NCBI GenBank assembly: GCA_964371445.1 | Contig: CAYJLK010000004.1 | Location: forward strand, 1 to 44,495 | DNA: 44,495 nucleotides | From: an uncultured Candidatus Saccharibacteria bacterium | Lineage (GTDB): Bacteria > Patescibacteriota > Minisyncoccia > Phycocordibacterales > Phycocordibacteraceae | Reading direction: 5' to 3' | In this document: one piece after another, positions 1 through 10,381 of the stretch | How the letters are laid out: each line of letters begins with the position of its first letter | Position numbering within the stretch: position 1 is the first letter of the stretch | Made by a program: the position numbers and the translations under genes | The notes under the pieces: model-generated | Seen by the model: only the letters and a program-made list of their open reading frames with translations | Told to the model about the DNA's origin: nothing | Database searches by the model: none

Positions 1-891
<891 letters not shown>

Positions 892-1015
892 AATAGGCGG
901 AACAAAAGAATTCACACATCTTTTCTGCCCGGCACTCGCGTGCCGGGCGTTCACGTATTGTATTGTCAAAGGTCAAAAACAAACCCCGTCCTGCATACGC
1001 AGGACGATAAGAACC

Positions 1016-1044
1016 ATAGTATATGAGGGGTCGAGGGGCGTCAA
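1016..1044 (-). promoter_or_regulatory. sigma70-type promoter of the 16S gene
   Basis: TTGACG-17 nt-TACTAT about 125 nt upstream of mature 16S, followed by a hairpin and boxA-like ACCTTTGACAA (963-973). Confidence 0.7.
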
Positions 1045-1135
1045 GCAGTCAAAACCACGCCAAATGGCATTGTAAACATTGCGCCCTATTGCAGGGGGCG
1101 TATGATACAGGGAGCCGTCATGCTTTGCCTGAGTC

Positions 1136-1828
1136 ATGTCACCTACTAAAGAGCGCATCGTCGTGTCTGTCGGAGGTTCTCTCATTGTCCCCGACGGCAT
1201 TGACACTGTATTTCTCACGCACTTCAAGACGCTCGTTCTTGAAAAAGTGCAGCGCGGGTTTACGTTTTCAATAATTACCGGTGGCGGAAAAACCGCGCGG
1301 CGCTACCAGGACGCGGCGCAGGCGGTGACCGCAGAAATCACTTCACAGGACCGTGACTGGCTCGGTATCCATTCCACACGCCTCAACGCCCAGCTCCTGC
1401 GCAACATCTTCGTCGGCTACGCGCACCCGCAGGTCATCAAGAACCCGACCATCGATATCGAAGCGGAGGAGCCGATTATCATCGCCGCCGGCTGGCAACC
1501 CGGATGCTCGACTGACTACGACGCGGTCTTGATGGCGAAAAATCTTGGTGCAACGCGCCTTGTGAACCTCTCCAACATTGATTACGTCTATGATAAAGAC
1601 CCAAAGAGATATCCCGATGCGAAAAAAATAGAGAAAATCTCGTGGGCAGAATTTAGAAAGATTATCCCCGACCACTGGGACCCGGGGCTCTCCTCCCCCT
1701 TCGACCCCATCGCCGCAAAAGAGGCTGAGGCGCTCGGTCTCGAAGTCGCTATCGTGAACGGCGCGAAGTTGGAAGAATTCTCACACTACCTCGACGGCAA
1801 GCCCTTTACTGGAACGATTATTTCTTAA
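1136..1828 (+). CDS. pyrH: UMP kinase (short/archaeal-like type)
   Basis: VSVGGS, ITGGGKTAR, GWQPGCSTD, SNIDYVYDKDPK and FDPIA motifs of amino-acid-kinase family UMP kinases. Confidence 0.92.
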   Translation: MSPTKERIVVSVGGSLIVPDGIDTVFLTHFKTLVLEKVQRGFTFSIITGGGKTARRYQDAAQAVTAEITSQDRDWLGIHSTRLNAQLLRNIFVGYAHPQVIKNPTIDIEAEEPIIIAAGWQPGCSTDYDAVLMAKNLGATRLVNLSNIDYVYDKDPKRYPDAKKIEKISWAEFRKIIPDHWDPGLSSPFDPIAAKEAEALGLEVAIVNGAKLEEFSHYLDGKPFTGTIIS

Positions 1829-2717
1829 CCCAATTAGCGAGGGGGATATGGCGGGGCTCGGAGCGGACAATTGAGGAGAAGGTGCCGACAACGACACCGA
1901 CGAGCATGACGAGCGCAAAGTCGCGCGTTGCTTCGGCGCCGAAGAATATGAGCGCGATGAGCGCGAGGACGACGGTGAGCGATGTATTGATGGAGCGCGT
2001 CATCGTCTCATCAATAGACTTCCCTATCGTGTCTTCAAACGATTCCTGGAGACCGAGCTTCTCGTTGCGCGCCAAGTGCTCGCGCACCCTATCGAAAATG
2101 ACGATGATGTCGTTCACGACATATCCGAGAAGCGCGAGCATAGCCACGATGAAGAGCGAGTCCACCTGGGCGCCGGTGTAGTGGCAGAGCGCCGCATAGA
2201 AGCCGGCTGGGACGATGAGGTCGATGGCGAGCATGACGACGACCGTGAGACCGTACCCCCAGCTCGGCACCGGCTTCGACACCCTGCGGAAGGCGAAGGC
2301 GATATAGAGCACGATAACGAACATCACCGCAAAGATCGCCCACAACGCTTTATTGGCGAATTGACTCCCGAGCGCCGGACCGATCGAGGTGAAAGAAAGC
2401 TCGGTCGCCACAGAAGAATCAGAGGAGAGTGCGGCAAGCAGCGTATCGTGCTCCTCTGGAGAGAGCGTACGCGTCCGGACGGAAACACCCGTATCGCCGA
2501 CCGCGCGAACGGACACCTCACCTACCGGCACGGCGGCGGCGCGCTCCTGGATATCCGCAAGCGCCGGACGTCCGTCTGGATAACTCGCCTGCATCAGAGA
2601 GCCGCCGGTGAAATCAATGCCGAGCGGGAGACCCCAGAACACGATGGCGCCGATAGCGGCTGCAAGGATGAGTCCCGTAAGCCAGAAGAAGAGTCCGCGA
2701 TGATAAACGATATACAT
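1818..2717 (-). CDS. secF: Protein translocase subunit SecF
   Basis: LGIDFTGG, LGYVVNDIIVIFDRVRE and RSINTS motifs; follows secD. Confidence 0.96.
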   Translation of the reverse strand: MYIVYHRGLFFWLTGLILAAAIGAIVFWGLPLGIDFTGGSLMQASYPDGRPALADIQERAAAVPVGEVSVRAVGDTGVSVRTRTLSPEEHDTLLAALSSDSSVATELSFTSIGPALGSQFANKALWAIFAVMFVIVLYIAFAFRRVSKPVPSWGYGLTVVVMLAIDLIVPAGFYAALCHYTGAQVDSLFIVAMLALLGYVVNDIIVIFDRVREHLARNEKLGLQESFEDTIGKSIDETMTRSINTSLTVVLALIALIFFGAEATRDFALVMLVGVVVGTFSSIVRSEPRHIPLANWVKK

Positions 2718-2720
2718 AAA

Positions 2721-4034
2721 TTATGAATTACGATTCCCCGAACCCATGAGGAAATGCCAGGTGCCTTCATTCTTCTCAGGGACGATGGCAAGCAGGAAGA
2801 CGCGAGAGAGCGAGACTGCCGAGATAAATGAAGCGAGTACGCCGAGCACAAAGACGAGCGCGAAGCCCTGCACAATGGAGGTCCCGAGCCAGAAGAGAAT
2901 GACGCCTGAAATAATCATCGTGAGATGACCGTCGCGAATCGCCGGCCACGCGCGAGAGAAACCGATGTGGACTGCCTCGCGCGGCGACTTCCCTTCGCGG
3001 AGCTCTTCCTTTGTACGCTCAAAGATGAGCACGTTCGCGTCCACCGCCATGCCGACCGATATGATGAGCCCTGCGATACCTGAAGCGGTAAGCGTCACGG
3101 GGATGACCTTGATGACGGCGAGCATGAAGGCGAGATACTCGGCGAGTGCGACAGCCGCGATAATGCCCGGGAGCCGGTACCACGCGATCATGAAAAGCGC
3201 GACAATAGCAAAACCGATGGCGCCGGCGGCGACGCCGGCGTTAATTGCCGCGGCACCCAGAGTCGGACCGACTGCCGAGCTGCTCTCGAGCGTAATCGGC
3301 ACCGGGAGCGCACCGAAGTTCAAGTTGCGCACCAGATCACGTGCCTCTGCTGCCGTAAAACGACCGGTGATGGTCGCCTGCCCGCCCGGAATCGCTTCCT
3401 GAATGACCGGCTCGGAAATCGGCTGGCCGTCGAGGAAGATGGCGAGTTGTTTGCCGACATTCTCGCTCGTAATCTTTTCAAAAAGTTTTGCGCCCTCGGA
3501 GTCAAAATTAAGAATCACTTGCGGCGCGGAAAGACCAGCAGTCGCGCCGCTCCCGAAGCCGAGCGTCGCGCTCGAGAGATAACGACCGTCGAGACCGGTC
3601 GCAAGGTAAGCGACCTGGGTCGTCGTGCCGGTCGTAACAGAAGCCGCAAGCCGGAACTCTAGGGTCGGTGTCTCGCCGAGTGCGGCGACCGCGGCCTTGA
3701 TATCGGTCACGCCCGGCAAATCGACGATGAGGCGGTCCTCGGTGGTGCCTGAAAATGCACCCGCCTGTTCGGTCTGGACCAATGGTTCGGCGACGCCGAA
3801 GAGGTTCACGCGGCGCTCAATAACACCCTGAAGCGCCGACAAAGCATCACCTCGCTCCCCTGACGGGGTCTCCGACATATCTGCCTTATAGACGAGCTCG
3901 GTGCCGCCGGCGAGGTCGAGTCCGAGCTTGAAGCGATATGAGCTCGTCGGATTCGCCTCGGTCGCCCAGACGAAATAGATAAGCAAAAACCCTGCAACGA
4001 GGGCGATGGCGGCAGACACCCGATACTGAGTCAT
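2721..4034 (-). CDS. secD: Protein translocase subunit SecD
   Basis: KLGLDLAGG, RRVNLFGVAEP, GALPVP and GMAVDANVLIFER motifs. Confidence 0.97.
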   Translation of the reverse strand: MTQYRVSAAIALVAGFLLIYFVWATEANPTSSYRFKLGLDLAGGTELVYKADMSETPSGERGDALSALQGVIERRVNLFGVAEPLVQTEQAGAFSGTTEDRLIVDLPGVTDIKAAVAALGETPTLEFRLAASVTTGTTTQVAYLATGLDGRYLSSATLGFGSGATAGLSAPQVILNFDSEGAKLFEKITSENVGKQLAIFLDGQPISEPVIQEAIPGGQATITGRFTAAEARDLVRNLNFGALPVPITLESSSAVGPTLGAAAINAGVAAGAIGFAIVALFMIAWYRLPGIIAAVALAEYLAFMLAVIKVIPVTLTASGIAGLIISVGMAVDANVLIFERTKEELREGKSPREAVHIGFSRAWPAIRDGHLTMIISGVILFWLGTSIVQGFALVFVLGVLASFISAVSLSRVFLLAIVPEKNEGTWHFLMGSGNRNS

Positions 4035-4080
4035 ACGGGGATTATAGACGAATTATTAAAAAAGCGAAGCCCTTGCTGTT

Positions 4081-4899
4081 CTAGGGATGTATTGCCCGCT
4101 CCGCGAGGGTGATAGCGTTCTCAAAGAGACAGGCGACGGCGAGAGGGCCGACGCCGCCGGGGACGGGAGTGAAGAGCGAGCACTTCGCCGCGCAGGCAGG
4201 GTCAGCGTCCCCGACCACTGCCCCGCCCGATTCAGACGTGCCGGCGTCAATGAGCACAACGCCGTTTTTGAGCATCTCTGGCTTGATGAAGTGCGGTGAA
4301 CCTGCACCAGAGATGATGATGTCTGCTTGGCGAAGTACATCTGAAAAATTCGACGTCGAACGACCAACAACCGTGACGTGTGCTCCTTGCTGTGTGAGCC
4401 ACAGCGCCGCGGGTGCCCCGACTAAAAAGCCCCTGCCGATAACAACCGCGTTCTTCCCTGCTACTTCTACCTCTCCTTGTTCTAAAATCTTTTGCACCGC
4501 CCCGACTACCGGCGGCATGAGGGGGTTTCGTAAATCCCCTATCTCGAAACGCGCGCGGGCGGCAGTGGAGAGGACGTCGGCATCTTTATCGACCGGGATA
4601 CTATCGAGGACGGCTTTCGTGTTCATGTCGGCGGGAAGCGGGAGCTGGACAATGACTGCATCTGCATCTTCCGACATACTCAATAGATCTGACGGTCGTA
4701 GAGAACTTTTGACAGGTCTGACTTCGAGAACACATCCCGCGTCTGCGGCGCGCTTTGACTTGATAGCGAGATATGACTTCGTCGCCGCCGTCTCACTCGC
4801 GACGAGAGCGAGCACGCGCGGCGGATGCGAGAGCTTCGCCGCGCGCGCTTTCGCGCGCGCGAGCACTTCACTCGCAAGCATGCGGCCGTCAATAATCAT
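4081..4899 (-). CDS. folD: Bifunctional methylene-THF dehydrogenase/cyclohydrolase
   Basis: MIIDG start (ATGA overlap with the upstream stop), VQLPLP, KDAD, VIGRGFLVG and TPVPGGVGP. Confidence 0.93.
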   Translation of the reverse strand: MIIDGRMLASEVLARAKARAAKLSHPPRVLALVASETAATKSYLAIKSKRAADAGCVLEVRPVKSSLRPSDLLSMSEDADAVIVQLPLPADMNTKAVLDSIPVDKDADVLSTAARARFEIGDLRNPLMPPVVGAVQKILEQGEVEVAGKNAVVIGRGFLVGAPAALWLTQQGAHVTVVGRSTSNFSDVLRQADIIISGAGSPHFIKPEMLKNGVVLIDAGTSESGGAVVGDADPACAAKCSLFTPVPGGVGPLAVACLFENAITLAERAIHP

Positions 4900-5807
4900 A
4901 TGATTCCCCACTCGCGCTTCAGTTCCTCAATACCATCTACGAGCGAAACTGATGCTGTGAAATCTAACAGATTTTTTGCACGCGCCACATCGGCACACGA
5001 GGTCGCAGGTTCTATGCGGGGCGGTAGGTATTCCCGTGGACCGCCAAAAGCATCAGCAAGTTCATTGATCGATGTCCCACGACCAGTGCCGACGTTAATC
5101 ACCTCTCCTTTACCGATCTTAGGAGATTCTCCTGCAAGTACCAGCGCTACAACAACGTCACGTGTGTGGATATAATCCCTCGTATTCGTTCCGTCACCGA
5201 TAATCGTAAGCGGCTTCCCTTCTTTGCAGAGCTTCAAGAACCGTCCGACGACAAGTGCATACGGACCTTCTGGGTCAAGACGCGGGCCGTAGACATTGAA
5301 GAAACGCAGTGACACCGTCTGGACACCGTATAGCATATTCGCGAGTGTGAGATACCGCTCGCTTGCATATTTATGAAGCCCATAAGGACTCACGGGCGCT
5401 ACCGGCAAGCTTTCAGAAAGGAGCGGTACGTCCGTATTGCCGTAGACAGCGGCGGAGGACGCAAGGACAACACGAGTTCCCTCCCCGACCGCCGCAAGCA
5501 CGTTCACCGTTCCTGTCACGTTCACATCGTGGGTCTCTGCGGGATGCTGTATTGAATTCTCAACACGCGGCAGTGCCGCTAAATGAAATATAATGTCAGC
5601 ATCTTTCAGGAGCGATGGGAGTGCATCTCTGTCTCGCACGTCTATTTCGTGTAGCGGCACTCCCACAGGAATATGCTCTCGTTTCCCCGCAACAAGTGAG
5701 TCAATAACCGAAACATCATAGTCACGCGCCATGAGGGCATCTACGAGATGCGAACCGATGAATCCCGCACCGCCGGTAACGACTACCCTCTTTCTTTTGT
5801 TGTTCAT
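4896..5807 (-). CDS. NAD-dependent nucleotide-sugar epimerase/dehydratase (extended SDR)
   Basis: VTGGAGFIGS, SSAAVYG, YGLHK (YxxxK), RFFNVYGP and RDYIH. Confidence 0.93.
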   Translation of the reverse strand: MNNKRKRVVVTGGAGFIGSHLVDALMARDYDVSVIDSLVAGKREHIPVGVPLHEIDVRDRDALPSLLKDADIIFHLAALPRVENSIQHPAETHDVNVTGTVNVLAAVGEGTRVVLASSAAVYGNTDVPLLSESLPVAPVSPYGLHKYASERYLTLANMLYGVQTVSLRFFNVYGPRLDPEGPYALVVGRFLKLCKEGKPLTIIGDGTNTRDYIHTRDVVVALVLAGESPKIGKGEVINVGTGRGTSINELADAFGGPREYLPPRIEPATSCADVARAKNLLDFTASVSLVDGIEELKREWGII

Positions 5808-7024
5808 GTTCCGGAGAAAGAAAGCAGGGCGCGAAGCGTCTTGAGTGCGATGGCGATGTCGAGCCCGAAAGAACGATGCTTCAGATAATACAAGTCGAAC
5901 GAGAGCTTCCGCTTCGTGCGCGCGACGTCGGCTCCACCGCGCGGCGCGTCATAGTCGTGTATCTGCGCCCAACCGGAAAGGCCGGGAGTAATCAGGTGAC
6001 GCATCCGATACTGTGGTATCTCGCGCTCGTATACCTCGGCAATCTTCGGGAATTCCGGCCGCGGGCCGATGAACGAGAGGTCAGCCACAAGCACGTTCCA
6101 TACTTGCGGCAGTTCGTCGATACGCGACTTGCGCAAGAAGCGCCCGACCGCGGTGACGCGATTCTTCTTCTGGAGCTCGGGATCGCCCTGGTCGTTGAAG
6201 AGCATCGTACGCAATTTCCAGAGTCGGACGAGGCGCCCGTTTCTCCCGATGCGCTCCGGACGGATAAAGGGCGCACCGCCCTCTATGAGGAGAGCGAGCG
6301 CGGCGATGCTCACAAATGGAATAGCGATGACGACGAGCATGAGCGCAAGCAAGATGTCAAAGGCGCGTTTGCTTCGATCATAGAACACCCTGCCGCGCGG
6401 CAGAGACTGCACGAGCTCTCGTGCATCAAGATATTCGAGTGGAACGCGATCAAAGATCTCTTCATACAGCATCGCCGTATCCATTGTTACCACGTCACCC
6501 GAATATGCATCAGCAGTATCACATCGACCGACAAACCGAATCGTATACTTATTATTGCTATTCACCTCCTCATACAACTCGTCGGAGGCCGGACCGGAAC
6601 CGACCAGAACAACCGGCACGCGCTTGCCTTCAACCGTCTCTCTATTCATCCTATAAAAACGCCACGCACTCTCAGCAATGACAGAAACGACCAAATACAA
6701 AACGAGTATCGTTTTCGGTGCGATGGAGAGCGGCAGGACGAAGAAGACGATGGCGGCGACGGCAACCGTCGCCGCCTGCGCGCCCAGGATGCGCACGCTC
6801 ATCACGCGCCTGATAGGACGCGTCTGCTTCTCATAGAGACCGGCGATATAGAAGACGACAAGCGAAAGGAGGAATATGGGCAAGAACGGCAACACATTTA
6901 TCTCGAAGTAACCGAACGAGGGTACCGTCAGGTTCCTCAAATAGAGCGCGGCCCAAAGGGACGCGACCAAGATGGAGAAGTCCCCCATAAGGAGAATCGC
7001 CGTTTCGCGACGGTCAAATGCCAT
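5804..7024 (-). CDS. Polyprenyl-phosphate glycosylphosphotransferase (WcaJ/WbaP-like initiating sugar transferase)
   Basis: N-terminal TM helices; C-terminal KRAFD, KLRTM, RIDELPQ, GPRPE, PGLSGWAQ and DLYY. Start placed at MAFDRR, 7 nt after TAGTAT. Confidence 0.92.
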   Translation of the reverse strand: MAFDRRETAILLMGDFSILVASLWAALYLRNLTVPSFGYFEINVLPFLPIFLLSLVVFYIAGLYEKQTRPIRRVMSVRILGAQAATVAVAAIVFFVLPLSIAPKTILVLYLVVSVIAESAWRFYRMNRETVEGKRVPVVLVGSGPASDELYEEVNSNNKYTIRFVGRCDTADAYSGDVVTMDTAMLYEEIFDRVPLEYLDARELVQSLPRGRVFYDRSKRAFDILLALMLVVIAIPFVSIAALALLIEGGAPFIRPERIGRNGRLVRLWKLRTMLFNDQGDPELQKKNRVTAVGRFLRKSRIDELPQVWNVLVADLSFIGPRPEFPKIAEVYEREIPQYRMRHLITPGLSGWAQIHDYDAPRGGADVARTKRKLSFDLYYLKHRSFGLDIAIALKTLRALLSFSGT

Positions 7025-7068
7025 AGGATAGATACTATAACGATAAAATGTATTGTACAGTTGCACCT

Positions 7069-8202
7069 ATGAGCCCCGCACATAAGAAGATACTGTTCGT
7101 CATCACTAAATCAAACTGGGGCGGCGCCCAGAAGTATGTCTATGACCTTGCCACGCACGTGCCCGGAACGACAGTGGCAGTAGGAGGAGACGGGCTCTTA
7201 ATACGAAAACTAAGAGAGAAAGGGGTAGAGGTGATATCCATCCCTGACTTTCAAAGAGACCTATCTTTCCTTAAAGAAATTCGAGCTTTCTTCTTTTTGG
7301 TAAGACTTCTTCGGGCACGGGAATTTGACGTAGTACATCTTAACAGCTCGAAGGCTGGGGGGCTTGGGGCACTCGCGGCGCGGCTCGCCGGCGTGCCACG
7401 GATTATTTTTACTGCCCACGGCTGGCCATTTAAGGAGCCGAGAAATTTTCTCTTGCACGGCCTTATTTATTTTGCGAGCTGGCTTACCGCTTTGTTAAGT
7501 CATAAAATTATTGTCGTCTCAGAGGAAGACACAGTACTGGGTAAGAGGATGTGGCTAGTCGGAGGAAAAATATCTCATATCCCCCTTGCAATAGATGCGC
7601 CAGGGATATGGTCTCGGAATGAAGCTGAGGAGTTTTTGTTTTGGTCCAAAGTTGATTCCAAAATCATCAATTCAGTGAGGCTTGTTACTATTGCAGAGTT
7701 AACGAGAAACAAAGGGGTGGGGTACGGCATTCAAATGATGGCTGAGTTGCAGAAACGGTCCCCAGAAAAATATACTTATACGATATTTGGGGAAGGTGAG
7801 GATATGGTTGAATTGCAAAACCTCACAAAAAAATTATCAGACCCTTTGGCAGTTCGTTTTGCAAACGTCCACATGATCAATTATCCTTCATTAAATTTAT
7901 CAACCGAAGCATCGCGGTTTTTAAAGGCTTTTCATATTTACGTCCTTCCCTCAATAAAAGAAGGGATGCCATACGTTCTATTAGAAGCAGCGGCTGCGGG
8001 GTTACCAATTGTTGCGACTGAGGTTGTTAAGTCTGGAGCTTCCAGTCTGCCAAATATCAAAATTGTTCCCTCGGAATCCGCTACTGCTTTGGCAAATGCC
8101 GTTGAGGAATTTACCAAGAATTTAGAACCTCTCACTTCTTCCATAAAAAGCTCCTTTGAAACGATGTTAAAAGATACAGTAGCGTTATATCTAGCCCCCT
8201 AG
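7069..8202 (+). CDS. GT4 family glycosyltransferase
   Basis: GGAQ, HLNSSKAG, FTAHGW and PSIKEGMPYVLLEA (E-x7-E). Visibly AT-rich. Confidence 0.92.
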   Translation: MSPAHKKILFVITKSNWGGAQKYVYDLATHVPGTTVAVGGDGLLIRKLREKGVEVISIPDFQRDLSFLKEIRAFFFLVRLLRAREFDVVHLNSSKAGGLGALAARLAGVPRIIFTAHGWPFKEPRNFLLHGLIYFASWLTALLSHKIIVVSEEDTVLGKRMWLVGGKISHIPLAIDAPGIWSRNEAEEFLFWSKVDSKIINSVRLVTIAELTRNKGVGYGIQMMAELQKRSPEKYTYTIFGEGEDMVELQNLTKKLSDPLAVRFANVHMINYPSLNLSTEASRFLKAFHIYVLPSIKEGMPYVLLEAAAAGLPIVATEVVKSGASSLPNIKIVPSESATALANAVEEFTKNLEPLTSSIKSSFETMLKDTVALYLAP

Positions 8203-9321
8203 ATACTCGTTTGCACTGAGATCGCGGGAGGCGCCGCGACCGTGGCGCGCGAGCGAGGTAACGATGCCGAGTGCCGCGAACTCAAGAACGAGATGCGAGC
8301 CTCCCGAACTCATAAAGGGCGTTGTTGTCCCTGTCACCGGCAGGAGACCGAGACTGATGCTCGTATGTATCGCCACGTGCGCGGCAAAGAGGATCAGCAC
8401 GCCGAGCGTGAAGAAGGCGTCGAAATTGGTCGCGGAGGCGCGCGCGATCTGCGCGAGCCGCGCAAACAGAAGCACATACATCGAGAGCAGGAGTACGACG
8501 CCGATGAACCCCCACTCTTCCGCGAATGCCGCGAAAATGAAATCGGTCTGGTATTCGGGCAAGAAACGCAGTTTCGATTGTGTCCCGTATCCGATACCTT
8601 TCCCGAACAGCTCTCCCGAACCGACAGCGATTTTCGCCTGATAGGCGTTGTAGCCCGAACCGTGGATATCGCTCGCGGGATTCACGAAAGATATAATGCG
8701 CGTGCGCTGATACGGCTTCAGTCCTTCGAACCACAGCGCCGAGGCTACGATGAGGCCGATGAGACCGAGAATAGCGAGATGTTTCTTCGAAATACCGGAG
8801 ATGAGCATCATACCGAGCCACAGCGTGCCGAAGATAATGGCGTTCCCCATATCCGGCTCGACGAGAATCAGGAGCATCAGCGTGAACGCATAGGCGCCCG
8901 AGACAATGATGTGCCTGAAGTCGCCGATCTCGACATGCCGCCGCGAAAGATATTTCGCAAGAAGCGCGATGAGTGCGAGCTTCGCGAGATCAGCCGGCTG
9001 AAAAGAGATCAGACCGAAGGAGAACCATGCGCGCGCGCCCATCACCGGATGCGCAAAGAGAAGCAGCAGGCAGAGAAGCGTGAGGGAGACCGCGTAGAGC
9101 GCCATGATGACCGGCGTGCGGCGTATGAAGCTCATATCGAATGAGGAGAGCCCGAGATATACGCCGAAGGCGATTGCGAGCCAGAGAAGCTGCCGCGAAG
9201 CGAGAGACGCGCCCTGCCCGAACGTGCTCATGGTGAGGATGCCTATGAGCGAGAGCGTGAGCGCCGGAACGATAAGCGTCCAGTCAAAAAAGAAGCGCGG
9301 ACGAGATATGACCATACGCAC
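8191..9321 (-). CDS. rodA: SEDS family peptidoglycan polymerase (RodA/FtsW)
   Basis: GARAW, FQPADLAK, EPDMG, FLPEYQTDFIFAAFAEEWGF, LPVTG and SSGGS. RodA-like YQRTRI..F..P motif. Start could be ATG at 9315. Confidence 0.85.
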   Translation of the reverse strand: MRMVISRPRFFFDWTLIVPALTLSLIGILTMSTFGQGASLASRQLLWLAIAFGVYLGLSSFDMSFIRRTPVIMALYAVSLTLLCLLLLFAHPVMGARAWFSFGLISFQPADLAKLALIALLAKYLSRRHVEIGDFRHIIVSGAYAFTLMLLILVEPDMGNAIIFGTLWLGMMLISGISKKHLAILGLIGLIVASALWFEGLKPYQRTRIISFVNPASDIHGSGYNAYQAKIAVGSGELFGKGIGYGTQSKLRFLPEYQTDFIFAAFAEEWGFIGVVLLLSMYVLLFARLAQIARASATNFDAFFTLGVLILFAAHVAIHTSISLGLLPVTGTTTPFMSSGGSHLVLEFAALGIVTSLARHGRGASRDLSANEYLGG

Positions 9322-10106
9322 TACGGAAGTCCTATCTGCCGGTCAGGCAAGGGGATACTCGGTACGACTTCTACCGAAGCGGGAATGCTCGGGAATGCCG
9401 TGCTCCACGTAAAGGTCGCCGTCGCATTCCCTTGGGCGGGAATAGTTGAGACTATCGTCTGCGACGCCGCGATGATGTCTCCCTTTTCATTGCGCACGAG
9501 AACAATCACGCGCACGTTCGTAAGTACCGTGATGCTCGGATTTGTGAGCGTCGCTTCGATGCGCGGCGCGCTCGGGGTACCGCCCTGTTTCGTATTTGAA
9601 ACGATCGGTATGACGCGCGAATCGTTTGTAAGCGTGAACCACTGGAGAGAGGACGCATCGACGGTGAGGAAGGCGCTCACGACCGCCTGTCTTCCCGACG
9701 GGATGCTCGGGATGAACACCGGCACCGTCGCGCCGGGCGATAAATCGAATGTGCCGGTAACTTCCTGAATAAACGACTGCTTCGCCCCATACAGTGTCAC
9801 GCGATAGGGAACATTTTTCGCCGCGGCACGAGGATTCTTATTCTCGACAGACGCGATGATACTCGTCCGTCCGACACCATTATTCAGCGCTTTTGTGAAC
9901 AGGACCGTCGGCGGTAGCTGTTCCGCTCTGCAGAGATACGCGCAGCTGCCGCCGCAATCGATACCCGATTCATCTTGATTCTGTATGCCGTCGCTACAGG
10001 TAGGCGTCTCCGAAAATGTCGCGATGAGGATCGTCACAAGAAAGGCGACAACAACCGCGCCGATGATAAGCAAGATAAAAAATCTCCGCCGTGCTGCCCA
10101 GGACAT
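9321..10106 (-). CDS. Membrane-anchored exported protein with a CxDGxxNxxExxxDCGGxC motif and beta-rich domains
   Basis: N-terminal TM after RRR, motif CSDGIQNQDESGIDCGGSC. Start moved to MSWAARRR because the longer ORF runs into the tRNA, and TATACT lies 6 nt before this ATG. Confidence 0.8.
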   Translation of the reverse strand: MSWAARRRFFILLIIGAVVVAFLVTILIATFSETPTCSDGIQNQDESGIDCGGSCAYLCRAEQLPPTVLFTKALNNGVGRTSIIASVENKNPRAAAKNVPYRVTLYGAKQSFIQEVTGTFDLSPGATVPVFIPSIPSGRQAVVSAFLTVDASSLQWFTLTNDSRVIPIVSNTKQGGTPSAPRIEATLTNPSITVLTNVRVIVLVRNEKGDIIAASQTIVSTIPAQGNATATFTWSTAFPSIPASVEVVPSIPLPDRQIGLP

Positions 10107-10120
10107 CTGCCTAGTATAAC

Positions 10121-10149
10121 AAAACGCCGCGCAGGAAACCTGCGCGGCG
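10121..10149 (-). terminator. Intrinsic terminator of the 23S-5S-tRNA unit
   Basis: CGCCGCGCAGG-TTT-CCTGCGCGGCG followed by TTTT on the minus strand, just after the tRNA. Confidence 0.75.
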
Positions 10150-10159
10150 AAATGGACGG

Positions 10160-10234
10160 TTGGGATGGATGGATTTGAACCACCGACCTCAGGGGTATGA
10201 ACCCTGCGCGCTAGCCGGACTGCGCCACATCCCG
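10160..10234 (-). tRNA. tRNA-Met(CAT), initiator type
   Basis: Cloverleaf with C1xA72 mismatch, anticodon arm CAGGG-TTCATAC-CCCTG (three G-C pairs), T-loop TTCAAAT and A73. Followed by CCG, so CCA is not fully encoded. Confidence 0.93.
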
Positions 10235-10264
10235 TCAAAGAACAATTATATATTCGAGTACTCG

Positions 10265-10381
10265 GTTCTGGCGGTTAGCTACTCTTCCCATCTGTAACGA
10301 TGAGTACCATCGCCGCTAAGAGGCTTGACTGCCGTGTTCGGAATGAGAACGGGTATGACCCTCTCGCCAAACCACCAGAAC
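10265..10381 (-). rRNA. rrf: 5S rRNA
   Basis: CCCGTTCTCATTCCGAAC, GATGGTACT and GGGAAGAGTAG motifs; terminal helix GGTTCTGGTGG/CCGCCAGAACC. Ends approximate. Confidence 0.96.

Noticed and set aside
927-948. GCCCGGCAC-TCGC-GTGCCGGGC hairpin in the 16S leader as a third copy of the repeat element
   Set aside because: Similarity is limited to about 9 nt and the conserved mismatch is absent. It is probably an ordinary leader stem.
5876-7072. Long antisense ORFs (398 aa here; also 4109-4903, 8242-9144, 39865-40914)
   Set aside because: These are shadow frames of GC-rich genes with clear function on the opposite strand.
10107-10238. N-terminal extension of the 305-aa ORF
   Set aside because: It runs through the tRNA and its terminator. 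The real start is at 10106.
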